From Nostoc punctiforme PCC 73102 (GTDB lineage: Bacteria > Cyanobacteriota > Cyanobacteriia > Cyanobacteriales > Nostocaceae), in NCBI RefSeq assembly GCF_000020025.1, contig NC_010628.1, forward strand, positions 3,060,001 through 3,092,000: DNA of 32,000 bases, in the 5' to 3' direction. The notes under the pieces were generated by a model. It ran no database searches. It was not told where the DNA came from and saw only the letters and a program-made list of their open reading frames with translations. This document shows positions 19,129-26,795 of the stretch, in pieces (the first letter of the stretch is position 1; each line of letters starts with the position of its first letter). The translations under genes and the position numbers were made by a program.

Positions 19129-21156
19129 ATGCAAGCCAAAACCGTTCACAATCAACCTATAACAAATACTCCTTCGGCTTTTACTCAATTTTGGGAGGAT
19201 GTCAAAGCGATCGCAGGCCCTTACTGGTATCCCACAGAGGCACGGGGACGAGCATTTCCAGACGTGATTCGTGCATGGGGAATGCTCATTATCCTGATAT
19301 TATTAATAATAATGCTTGTCGGCGTAACTGCCTTTAATAGTTTTGTTAGCCGCTATTTGCTAGATATCATTACTGAAGAAAAAGATTTTAATGAATTTAT
19401 TAATACATTATTAGTTTATGGTGCTGCCCTTGTCTGCGTAACGCTCTTAGTAGGATTTTCTAAATTTGTTAGAAAACAAATCGCTCTTGATTGGTATCAA
19501 TGGCTAAATAATCATATTTTAGAAAAATATTTGAGCAATCGTGCCTATTATAAAATCAATTTTAAATCCAATATTGATAATCCAGATCAACGAATATCCC
19601 AAGAAATCGAACCATTGATTAGAAATGCTCTCACTTTTTCGGCTACTTTTTTAGAGAAAGTGCTGGAAATGGCAACTTTTTTAGTAATTCTCTGGTCTCT
19701 TTCGCAATTTGTTGCAGTTGTATTAGTTGTTTATACGATAATAGGCAATTTAATTGCTGTTTATTTGGCTCAAGAATTAAATAAGATTAAACAAGAAGAA
19801 CTCGAATTTGATGCAGACTATACTTATGGACTGACTCATGTTCGTAATCACGCTGAATCAATAGCTTTCTTTCAGGGAGAAAAACAAGAATTAAATATAA
19901 TCAAACGAAGATTTAATAATATTATTAAAAGTGCTAAACGCAAGATTAATTGGGAGTTAACTCAGGATATTTTTAACAGAGGATATCAGGCGGTTATCCA
20001 AATATTTCCATTTATAGTATTTGGGCCTTTACAGATTAGAGGTGAAATTGAATTTGGAGAAATTGCCCAAGCCAGTTTAGCTTGCAATTTGTTTGCTACT
20101 GCTATGGCAGAATTAATTAGAGAATTTGCAACTTCGGGACGATTTTCCAGTTACGTTCAACGTTTGGGTGAGTTTTCAGATGCGATAGAATTTGTCAACA
20201 AAGAGCCAGAGAAAGTAAGTACTATTAAAACAATCGAAGAAAATCATCTCGCTTTTGAGAATGTCACTTTACAAACACCCAACTATGAGCAGGTGATTGT
20301 TGAAGATTTATCATTGTCTGTTCAGCCAGGAGAAGGTTTATTGATTGTGGGGCCTAGTGGTCGAGGTAAAAGTTCTCTGTTGAGAGCGATCGCTGGTTTG
20401 TGGAATGCAGGTACTGGTCGTCTGGTGCGGCCTCCATTAGAGGAAGTGTTATTTTTGCCCCAACGTCCTTATATAATTTTGGGAACTTTACGCGAACAGT
20501 TACTCTATCCTCATACAACTCATAAGATGACCGATGCAGAACTCAAAGAAGTTTTACAAAAAGTCAACCTACAAAATTTATTGAGTCGAGTAGATGGCTT
20601 TGATACAGAAGTTCCTTGGGAGAACATATTATCGCTGGGAGAACAACAACGCCTTGCATTTGCACGGCTACTAATTACTCATCCTAGATTTACTATATTA
20701 GATGAAGCAACAAGTGCTTTAGATTTGAAAAATGAAGAGAGTTTATATCAACAGTTGCAAGATACAAAAACAACTTTTATCAGTGTTGGACATAGAGAAA
20801 GTTTGTTTAATTATCATCAATGGGTTTTAGAACTATCAGGAGATTCTAGCTGGCAACTTATTAGCATACAAGATTATCAACTACAAAAATCAAAAGAAGT
20901 TGTCATTAATCTTCCCAAAAATTCTGAAATTACAATAGATGTTTTACCCAAAAATGAATCCCAAACTCAACCAGAAACATCCATCGAGATAGGTACAATC
21001 GAAGGCCTTTCTCATAAGGAAATGCAGACATTAACAGACTGTAGCATTAACACCATCAGAAGCAAGGCTAGCCTTGGGAAATCCATTACTGCTAATGATG
21101 GCTTTACCTACCGCTATGACAAAGGCCCAAAGGTGTTGAAATGGGTAAGAGCTTAA
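19129..21156 (+). CDS. Fused ABC permease-ATPase of the ABCD/SbmA-BacA-like (ABC_membrane_2) type with ~90-aa C-terminal extension; putative peptide exporter (AptE/ApnE position)
   Basis: The TMD hallmark NIDNPDQRISQEIE is present. NBD motifs: Walker A GPSGRGKSS, signature LSLGEQQRLAFARLL, Walker B FTILDEATSALD, H-loop ISVGHR. Confidence 0.88.
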   Translation: MQAKTVHNQPITNTPSAFTQFWEDVKAIAGPYWYPTEARGRAFPDVIRAWGMLIILILLIIMLVGVTAFNSFVSRYLLDIITEEKDFNEFINTLLVYGAALVCVTLLVGFSKFVRKQIALDWYQWLNNHILEKYLSNRAYYKINFKSNIDNPDQRISQEIEPLIRNALTFSATFLEKVLEMATFLVILWSLSQFVAVVLVVYTIIGNLIAVYLAQELNKIKQEELEFDADYTYGLTHVRNHAESIAFFQGEKQELNIIKRRFNNIIKSAKRKINWELTQDIFNRGYQAVIQIFPFIVFGPLQIRGEIEFGEIAQASLACNLFATAMAELIREFATSGRFSSYVQRLGEFSDAIEFVNKEPEKVSTIKTIEENHLAFENVTLQTPNYEQVIVEDLSLSVQPGEGLLIVGPSGRGKSSLLRAIAGLWNAGTGRLVRPPLEEVLFLPQRPYIILGTLREQLLYPHTTHKMTDAELKEVLQKVNLQNLLSRVDGFDTEVPWENILSLGEQQRLAFARLLITHPRFTILDEATSALDLKNEESLYQQLQDTKTTFISVGHRESLFNYHQWVLELSGDSSWQLISIQDYQLQKSKEVVINLPKNSEITIDVLPKNESQTQPETSIEIGTIEGLSHKEMQTLTDCSINTIRSKASLGKSITANDGFTYRYDKGPKVLKWVRA

Positions 21157-21186
21157 CGAATATTTGTACTTTTTAAAATCAAGGTT

Positions 21187-22905
21187 ATGCTAACTAAACA
21201 GCAAAGACAACTAATTACTTACAAAACTATTTCAATTTATGAAAGAACCTATCAATTACCAGTTCTTAAGAATACTGCTGTAAAAGTAGTTCAAAAGAAA
21301 ATTAGAGAACGTCAGAGATTAATTAAAGAAGGCATTCGATATCATCATCAGCTTGGTGGGATAATTAAGCGAAAAGAAGAAATTAGTCAGGAAGAGATTT
21401 TTGAGGAAATCCAATTATTTATTAAGGATTACAGTCATATTATTGATTTTCTAGATAATTATAAGGATAATTATCATAATTTCTTATTAAATCTTGCTGA
21501 TGACTTAAAAGAATTATTTAAACAAAAATATTTGGCTATAAAAAACTTAGAAGATGAAAGAAGTAAGTTAGAGCAAAAAAACCATCAAAATCCAAAAATA
21601 CTTGATGAACTAACATGGGAGAAGCAAGAAAATCTTAAAGCAGTTTTGCTACTGAGTAATGCTTATTTCTTGATACTAGAAAAAATAAAATTGCTTGGTG
21701 AAGGAATTAAAAACCTTGCAGAAGATACAAAAAATCAAAAAAGAGTTGTTCAGCAAATAGTAAAAGACTTAGAAGTATATCAAGAGATTTATGAATATCA
21801 AAGAAAAGCCTATAAAATTCGTCAAGAAATAGCAAAAATTGCCCACACTGCAATCAACTTTGAAAATTCTTTACAAGATTATTTTAGTCCCTTTCAATCT
21901 TTAATAGATGAAGTCATAAAAGTAGATGAATACTTTTACGCAACTGTTGGAGATATTAAAAATTTAGGTGATAATATTTTAAAATATCAATCAAACTTAT
22001 TTAACCTTGAAAAAAACGAGGCTATTTCTGAAACTTTTCTTGATTTTATGGTGACAAGTTATGAGAAAAAAGCCAGATTAAAAGATGCTTTTATTCAATC
22101 TCAATTATTAGATTGGCAAATCCATAATTTTGATTTGAGCGAAAATGGTGTCTTTTTAGACAAGGGCATTGATTTAATCTCTAACTATATATCTAAGCAA
22201 CTAACAGATCAAAGAAAAGCGCTAGGTATAGCAGAAGTAAATTTTGTCTCTACAGATTCTCTATCTCCTGCTGAAGAAATAGGATTAATAGGGCTGACTA
22301 ATAACAATGTTACGTTGCCAAAAAAATTTCCCAGCAATAAAGGTATTGATTATACCCAATTGCGGGATCTCCTAGCACAACATCAGTGGAAAGAGGCTGA
22401 TATTGAAACCACTAAAATAATGCTAAAAGTCATGAATAAAAATTATTGGAATGAAGTTTATAAGGAAGATATTGATAACTTCTCTTGCCAAGACCTTCAC
22501 ACTATCGATCAACTTTGGGATCAATATAGTTATGGCTATTTCGGCTTCACTGTTCAGCAAACTATCTGGAGCGAAATGGGTGGTCAGGTAGACTACGAAA
22601 CAGAAAAAAGACTTGGCGATCGCCTTGGTTGGCGAAAAGAAGGAAACTGGTTAGACTATGAACAACTAACTTTTAAATTGTCCCCTATGACACCGATGGG
22701 GCACTTGCCAGCCCAATGGTTACACTACGATCAACATAGTTTTGACTTATCCCCAAAATCATCTACAGAACACCTTTCAATGGGAGCTTGGCGAGTCAAG
22801 TCTTGGTTAGTTTGGCAGATGCACTTATTCTTTTCTAGTGTAAAAAATTGTAACGAAACTTTCTTATGCGGTAATCGTACATTTATTAAGAATAGGAAAA
22901 ATTAG
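21187..22905 (+). CDS. Uncharacterised protein: ~380-aa K/E/N/I-rich helical N-terminal region plus C-terminal GUN4-like domain
   Basis: The C-terminal part (nt ~22348-22762) reads DYTQLRDLLAQHQWKEADIETTKIML..DIDNFSCQDLHTIDQLWDQYSYGYFGFTVQQTIW..LGWRKEGNWLDYEQLTF..MGHLP. This matches the GUN4 domain pattern. I recognise no motif in the N-terminal region. Confidence 0.65.
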   Translation: MLTKQQRQLITYKTISIYERTYQLPVLKNTAVKVVQKKIRERQRLIKEGIRYHHQLGGIIKRKEEISQEEIFEEIQLFIKDYSHIIDFLDNYKDNYHNFLLNLADDLKELFKQKYLAIKNLEDERSKLEQKNHQNPKILDELTWEKQENLKAVLLLSNAYFLILEKIKLLGEGIKNLAEDTKNQKRVVQQIVKDLEVYQEIYEYQRKAYKIRQEIAKIAHTAINFENSLQDYFSPFQSLIDEVIKVDEYFYATVGDIKNLGDNILKYQSNLFNLEKNEAISETFLDFMVTSYEKKARLKDAFIQSQLLDWQIHNFDLSENGVFLDKGIDLISNYISKQLTDQRKALGIAEVNFVSTDSLSPAEEIGLIGLTNNNVTLPKKFPSNKGIDYTQLRDLLAQHQWKEADIETTKIMLKVMNKNYWNEVYKEDIDNFSCQDLHTIDQLWDQYSYGYFGFTVQQTIWSEMGGQVDYETEKRLGDRLGWRKEGNWLDYEQLTFKLSPMTPMGHLPAQWLHYDQHSFDLSPKSSTEHLSMGAWRVKSWLVWQMHLFFSSVKNCNETFLCGNRTFIKNRKN

Positions 22906-22930
22906 AGCTAAAGCTAATTTGAGGATCAAC

Positions 22931-23359
22931 ATGAGTAACAGTAAGCATTCTGATATAGAAATAGAAATTTTACTTTTTGGAAAATGGCGTTTTGATAGAT
23001 CCTCTGAAAAAGTTACTATTGAATTTAAAGATGATATGACTTATGAGCAAACTACGGTTCAAACATTGCTTTTCTCTAAACCTAAAGAACTTATAACAGG
23101 CAATAAATTTACTGGGGTATGGTACGTAAGTCAAAAAAAATTGTATTTAAATGTTAAAACTATGCCAAAATCCTTTTTGAACTTAAGGATACCACTAGTT
23201 TTTAAGATATCCATTGCAGATATGATAGCTACTTTAAGTTCGGTACTTATGGTAGAAAATTATGAAGTTATGAGAATTAATAGTTCTAAATTTTTAATTA
23301 AGGATAAAGAACAGTCAATCCTTGGAACAAAAATAAATAATATTAATATTAGAAAATAA
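22931..23359 (+). CDS. Hypothetical 142-aa protein
   Basis: The ATG at 22931 is preceded by GAGGA (22921-22925) with a 5-nt spacer, so I prefer it to the track's TTG at 22919. There is no signal peptide and no recognisable catalytic motif. The GKWRFD..TIEFKDD pattern is vaguely lipocalin-like. Confidence 0.5.
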   Translation: MSNSKHSDIEIEILLFGKWRFDRSSEKVTIEFKDDMTYEQTTVQTLLFSKPKELITGNKFTGVWYVSQKKLYLNVKTMPKSFLNLRIPLVFKISIADMIATLSSVLMVENYEVMRINSSKFLIKDKEQSILGTKINNINIRK

Positions 23360-23430
23360 CTTTATTTTGTTACTCTGGAGATGGGTACGACGGGCTTAAA
23401 TACGTTATTGATGATAAAATTAACTCTCAA

Positions 23431-24015
23431 CTAAAATGCAATGACGGGCGGTAACATTTCTAAAACCGTAATGCTCAAATCAGGAAACTCTAAAGGTGAA
23501 ATAGTCGCGTCTTCTGCCAAAATAATTTCACTTTGATAGCCATCCTGAGTTGGTTCTCGAAAGACGTGCAATTGACGACTAACCACATCTAACACCCAAT
23601 AATCTGTAATTTCCGCTTGCGAGTAGGCTTTAGCTTTGATTTCGCAGTCTAGTTTCAGGCTACTATCTGCTACTTCAATAATCAGATAAACTTCTTTTGG
23701 AGTGGGATGGTGGTCTGCGTAGTCTAGTGGATCTATTTTAACAACAGCTATATCCGGTTCTGGTTCAGATCGTGCGTTTAACTTTACTGGGTCTTGAATA
23801 CATACCCAAGCCCGATTCCTCAAACTATTTTGCAGTAATCTATCTGTTCTCCCCACTGCCGAACGATGGGCTGTCCCTTTAGCAATCATCCAAATAATCT
23901 TTCCTTCTAGGAGTTCTACTCGTTCATCTGCACCAAAAATCCCAGCCTTAGCCATCCGATGGTATTCTTCAACTGTCCACAGGCGAAGCCTTAACGTAGT
24001 TTCTGTGTTTTGCAT
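23431..24015 (-). CDS. Uma2 family (DUF820) PD-(D/E)XK putative endonuclease
   Basis: WTVEEYHRMAKAGIF..RVELLEGKII..PDIAVV..LIIEVADSS..KAKAYSQAEITDYWVLD is the typical Uma2 layout, a family abundant in cyanobacteria. Confidence 0.85.
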   Translation of the reverse strand: MQNTETTLRLRLWTVEEYHRMAKAGIFGADERVELLEGKIIWMIAKGTAHRSAVGRTDRLLQNSLRNRAWVCIQDPVKLNARSEPEPDIAVVKIDPLDYADHHPTPKEVYLIIEVADSSLKLDCEIKAKAYSQAEITDYWVLDVVSRQLHVFREPTQDGYQSEIILAEDATISPLEFPDLSITVLEMLPPVIAF

Positions 24016-24157
24016 GGCTTGTTTCGCAACTGTAAGAAGTAGTTAATATTTTAGCCTGTTTAACTTGACATAGAAAGAATAGTATGAGAAAGCAAGATAT
24101 TTTTCTTTAGAGAACTTAACCTTAAATCGGCGGTTAGAAACCACGTCTATAAAGTCA

Positions 24158-24177
24158 AAACCCGCGCAGGCGGGTTT
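24158..24177 (-). terminator. GC-rich hairpin downstream of the HAD gene (possible terminator or dispersed-repeat hairpin)
   Basis: aaacccgc-gcag-gcgggttt forms a perfect 8-bp stem. The trailing sequence on the minus strand (TGACTTTAT) is only weakly U-rich. Confidence 0.3.
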
Positions 24178-24263
24178 CAGACTCTTGATTTAACTTTGAC
24201 CCAAATCTGTGTAGCTCTCCTTTGTACGCATGTAACCTGTGCGAATTCAACTTGTTAAGGCTG

Positions 24264-24998
24264 CTAATCTTCTAAAATCTGGATTTCATCAAGTTGATTA
24301 ATCACCACATCTGCACCTCGGACATTATCTGACTTACCTATCCAAGTGATACCAATACAACCTGCGGCTTTAGCATCACGCGCCATTTGCATATCGCCAA
24401 CTGCATCACCTACCATCAAGGTAGCACCTGGTTCAACTCCCAATGCTTCGCAAGCTTGCAAAAATAGGACTGGATCTGGTTTGCTCGGTCCCTCATCTAC
24501 TCCCATTTTTAACTGGATATAATCGCTTAATTGGTGATGCGCTACAAACTTATTTACTTCATCGGTTGTTGCAGCTGAGAGGATACCGAGTTTTAAACCC
24601 CCTTTGCGTAGGTATTTCAACAAGTCTAAGCTACCCACAAATAGCGGTGAAGGAGTTTGTTCGATGTATTTTTCTGCTTCATCCAAAGCTTGACGGGCTA
24701 TTTTTAAGGACTCAAACCATCCTTTTCCTGTTTCGGCAATATATGCCGCAGCCGCAACTTCTGTTTCGCGGCGACTCGCTACCGATATCAAGCCTGCCGG
24801 ATCTAGAAGATTGCCATTGATACCAAATGCCATTAATAGGGGTTCCCCAGTTCCAGGGATTTGAGCATCTATTAATCTTGTTGCCTTTTGTGCGAGCGAT
24901 CGCAAATACGTTTCTGAATCTTCTAGAGTACCGTTTTTGTCAAACAAAATTGCCTGGATATTATTAAAAGTGATTTTTCTACATTTAATAGTTGCCAC
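24264..24998 (-). CDS. HAD-superfamily hydrolase (phosphatase-like), GTG start
   Basis: Motif I is ILFDKNGTL, the S/T motif is GILSAAT, and the K..GDxxxD motif is SKPDP..MVGDAVGDMQMA. Confidence 0.8.
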   Translation of the reverse strand: MATIKCRKITFNNIQAILFDKNGTLEDSETYLRSLAQKATRLIDAQIPGTGEPLLMAFGINGNLLDPAGLISVASRRETEVAAAAYIAETGKGWFESLKIARQALDEAEKYIEQTPSPLFVGSLDLLKYLRKGGLKLGILSAATTDEVNKFVAHHQLSDYIQLKMGVDEGPSKPDPVLFLQACEALGVEPGATLMVGDAVGDMQMARDAKAAGCIGITWIGKSDNVRGADVVINQLDEIQILED

Positions 24999-25075
24999 AA
25001 TATTTCACCCCACTTATTTAGTCAGAAGTTATGAGTTTTTATTTCTAACCCCTAACTGTTGCCAATTTTCCGCAT

Positions 25076-25100
25076 AAAAAAAGAGGGTTTTTCCCTCTTT
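25076..25100 (-). terminator. Rho-independent terminator of rpsA
   Basis: On the minus strand it reads AAAGAGGG-AAAAA-CCCTCTTT followed by TTTT, about 50 nt downstream of the rpsA stop (25152-25154). Confidence 0.65.
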
Positions 25101-25151
25101 ATACAATGATTTAATACTCTTACTTAAAAACAAGTAAAACTATAAAATGTA

Positions 25152-26279
25152 TTATTCTTCAATAGCTGCTGGAATTTCTTCTTCAGTTTCCGTGGTTGCT
25201 GGAATCTTTTCTTGAATTTCCGCAACTACTGGGGTTACTTCCTCAATTTCTGCTGCTGGTGGAATTTCTTCTTCTAGTTCTGCTGCTGGTGGAATCTCGT
25301 CTTCAAGTTCTGTTGCTGGTGGAATATCTTCTTCTGCTAAAACATCAGCAGGTGCAGCAGGCGCAGCAGTAGCACCTTGTTGCTTCGCTAACAGCTGTTC
25401 GCGATATTTAGCAGCCATTTCTTCTGCCTTATCGTAAACCAAATCCCGGTTTTTAATCATGTCGCCGGGTTCGGGTTCTAGCTGCTTGGTAGATAGGGAA
25501 ATGCGACCCCTTTCTGCATCCAAGTCAATGATCATCACTTTCACTTCATCATTGACATTGAACACGCTATGAGGTGTATCAATATGTTCGTGGGAAATCT
25601 CAGAAATGTGTAGTAGACCACTGACACCACCAATGTCGATGAAAGCACCGTAGGGTTTGATACCACGAACTGTACCAATCACTACTTCCCCGACTTCTAG
25701 GCGGTTCATCTTGCGTTCAACCAACGCCCGACGATGAGATAGAACTAAGCGGTTACGTTCTTCATCCACCTCTAGGAATTTCAATGGCAGTTCTTCGCCT
25801 ACCAATTCTTCTTTGGGTTTGCGAGTACTGATGTGAGAACCTGGGATAAAGCCACGTAATCCTTCAATCCTTACCAATGCACCACCGCGATTGGTTGCAA
25901 ACACGCCAGAACGGACAGTGGCATCTTCTGCTTGCAGCTGTCGCACGCGTTCCCAAGCCCGCATATATTCAATACGGCGAATGGAAAGGGTTAATTGACC
26001 ATCTTCGTTTTCATCGGTAAGGATGAAAAACTCACGCGTTTCGTTTGACTGTAAGACTTCTTCCGGGCTATCCACCCGGTTAATAGACATTTCTTGTATA
26101 GGAATATATGCTGCGGTTTTAGCACCAATGTCAATCAGAGCGCCGCGCGGCTCTATACTGAAAACTGTTCCTGGTACAACATCGCCAGGGCTAAAATGAT
26201 AATCGTATTTGTCAAGTAGAGCAGCGAAATCTTCGTGAGTGAATCCAATTTCTGTAGCGGTTAAATTCTGATTGACCAT
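25152..26279 (-). CDS. rpsA: 30S ribosomal protein S1
   Basis: There are three S1 OB-fold repeats (GDVVPGTVFSIEPRGALIDIG.., SGVFATNRGGALVRIEGLRGFIPGSH, GEVVIGTVRGIKPYGAFIDIGGVSGLLHISEIS). The protein ends in an acidic tail. Confidence 0.93.
   Translation of the reverse strand: MVNQNLTATEIGFTHEDFAALLDKYDYHFSPGDVVPGTVFSIEPRGALIDIGAKTAAYIPIQEMSINRVDSPEEVLQSNETREFFILTDENEDGQLTLSIRRIEYMRAWERVRQLQAEDATVRSGVFATNRGGALVRIEGLRGFIPGSHISTRKPKEELVGEELPLKFLEVDEERNRLVLSHRRALVERKMNRLEVGEVVIGTVRGIKPYGAFIDIGGVSGLLHISEISHEHIDTPHSVFNVNDEVKVMIIDLDAERGRISLSTKQLEPEPGDMIKNRDLVYDKAEEMAAKYREQLLAKQQGATAAPAAPADVLAEEDIPPATELEDEIPPAAELEEEIPPAAEIEEVTPVVAEIQEKIPATTETEEEIPAAIEE
25155..25325. repeat. 30-bp coding tandem repeat (~5.7 units) forming the S1 C-terminal tail
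   Basis: The protein units are IPPATELEDE / IPPAAELEEE / IPPAAEIEEV / TPVVAEIQEK / IPATTETEEE / IPAAIEE. The matching DNA units resemble tgctgctggtggaatttcttcttctagttc. Confidence 0.9.
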
Positions 26280-26502
26280 GCTGATTTGTTCCTGGTTCTA
26301 GTCTCCGTAAAGGTTGTGCGACAAGCGCGATGTACTATGTAAGCAGTTCTATGGCAGTTTACACTTAACATCCTTTTTCATCCTAGCGCAGAAAAGCTAG
26401 TATTAACACATATCTACTCCCAAGATTGGAAATTATATCACAATATAAAAATGATTGGTTATTTACTTAGTATTTAAAATTAACAAAGGACAAACACAAT
26501 AA

Positions 26503-26536
26503 TATCCGTTGCTCCTACAATTAGTAGCAACGGATA
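26503..26536 (-). terminator. Hairpin terminator downstream of psbT
   Basis: The stem pairs tatccgttgct (26503-26513) with agcaacggata (26526-36) around a 12-nt loop. On the minus strand it is followed by TTATTGTGTTTG. Confidence 0.5.
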
Positions 26537-26576
26537 CTAACTTCTTTAAATCAGCTAAAGGTCTGGTAATTAGGAT

Positions 26577-26684
26577 CTACTTATCTTTTGGTTTCTCAAA
26601 GCGAGGGGGTTCGCGAAATGCGATCGCAAAAAAGATAGTACCTATACACAGAGTAAAAATCAAGATGTACGCAACGCTTTCCAT
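26577..26684 (-). CDS. psbT: Photosystem II reaction centre protein T (35 aa), not in the supplied ORF track
   Basis: Manual translation of the minus strand gives MESVAYILIFTLCIGTIFFAIAFREPPRFEKPKDK*. It lies directly downstream of psbB, the conserved psbB-psbT arrangement. AGGAA sits ~10 nt upstream of the ATG. Confidence 0.9.
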   Translation of the reverse strand: MESVAYILIFTLCIGTIFFAIAFREPPRFEKPKDK

Positions 26685-26720
26685 ATTATGAATTCCTGCC
26701 TATCCAGCCAGTAATTAAAG

Positions 26721-26795
26721 TTCTGAGTACTGAGTCACTGAATGCTGAGTCAGAGCCTTAACTCGGAACTCAGCACTCAGAATTCAGCACTGAAA
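26721..26795. repeat. Inverted heptamer-repeat block (CTGAGTA-type / ACTCAGC-type) in the psbB-psbT spacer
   Basis: The left arm ttctgagtactgagt (26721-26735) pairs 14/15 with the right arm actcagcactcagaa (26769-26783). Both arms have 7-nt periodicity (ctcagca ctcagaa ttcagca). Confidence 0.8.

Noticed and set aside
18962-19162. 66-aa plus-strand ORF in the hphA/ABC spacer
   Set aside because: It overlaps the start of the ABC transporter gene in another frame, has no SD, and has an implausible composition. The region more likely holds the transporter promoter.
24016-24263. 248-nt spacer with TTGACA-like hexamer and GC hairpin, considered as a small RNA locus
   Set aside because: There is no properly spaced -10 box on the plus strand. 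The hairpin is adequately explained as a HAD-gene terminator or dispersed repeat, and the sequence alone gives no other support.
24443-24820. 125-aa plus-strand ORF antisense to the HAD hydrolase
   Set aside because: It is nested opposite a CDS with clear HAD motifs, and its product has no recognisable features.
26509-26691. 60-aa plus-strand ORF
   Set aside because: It is the antisense shadow of psbT and its terminator hairpin.
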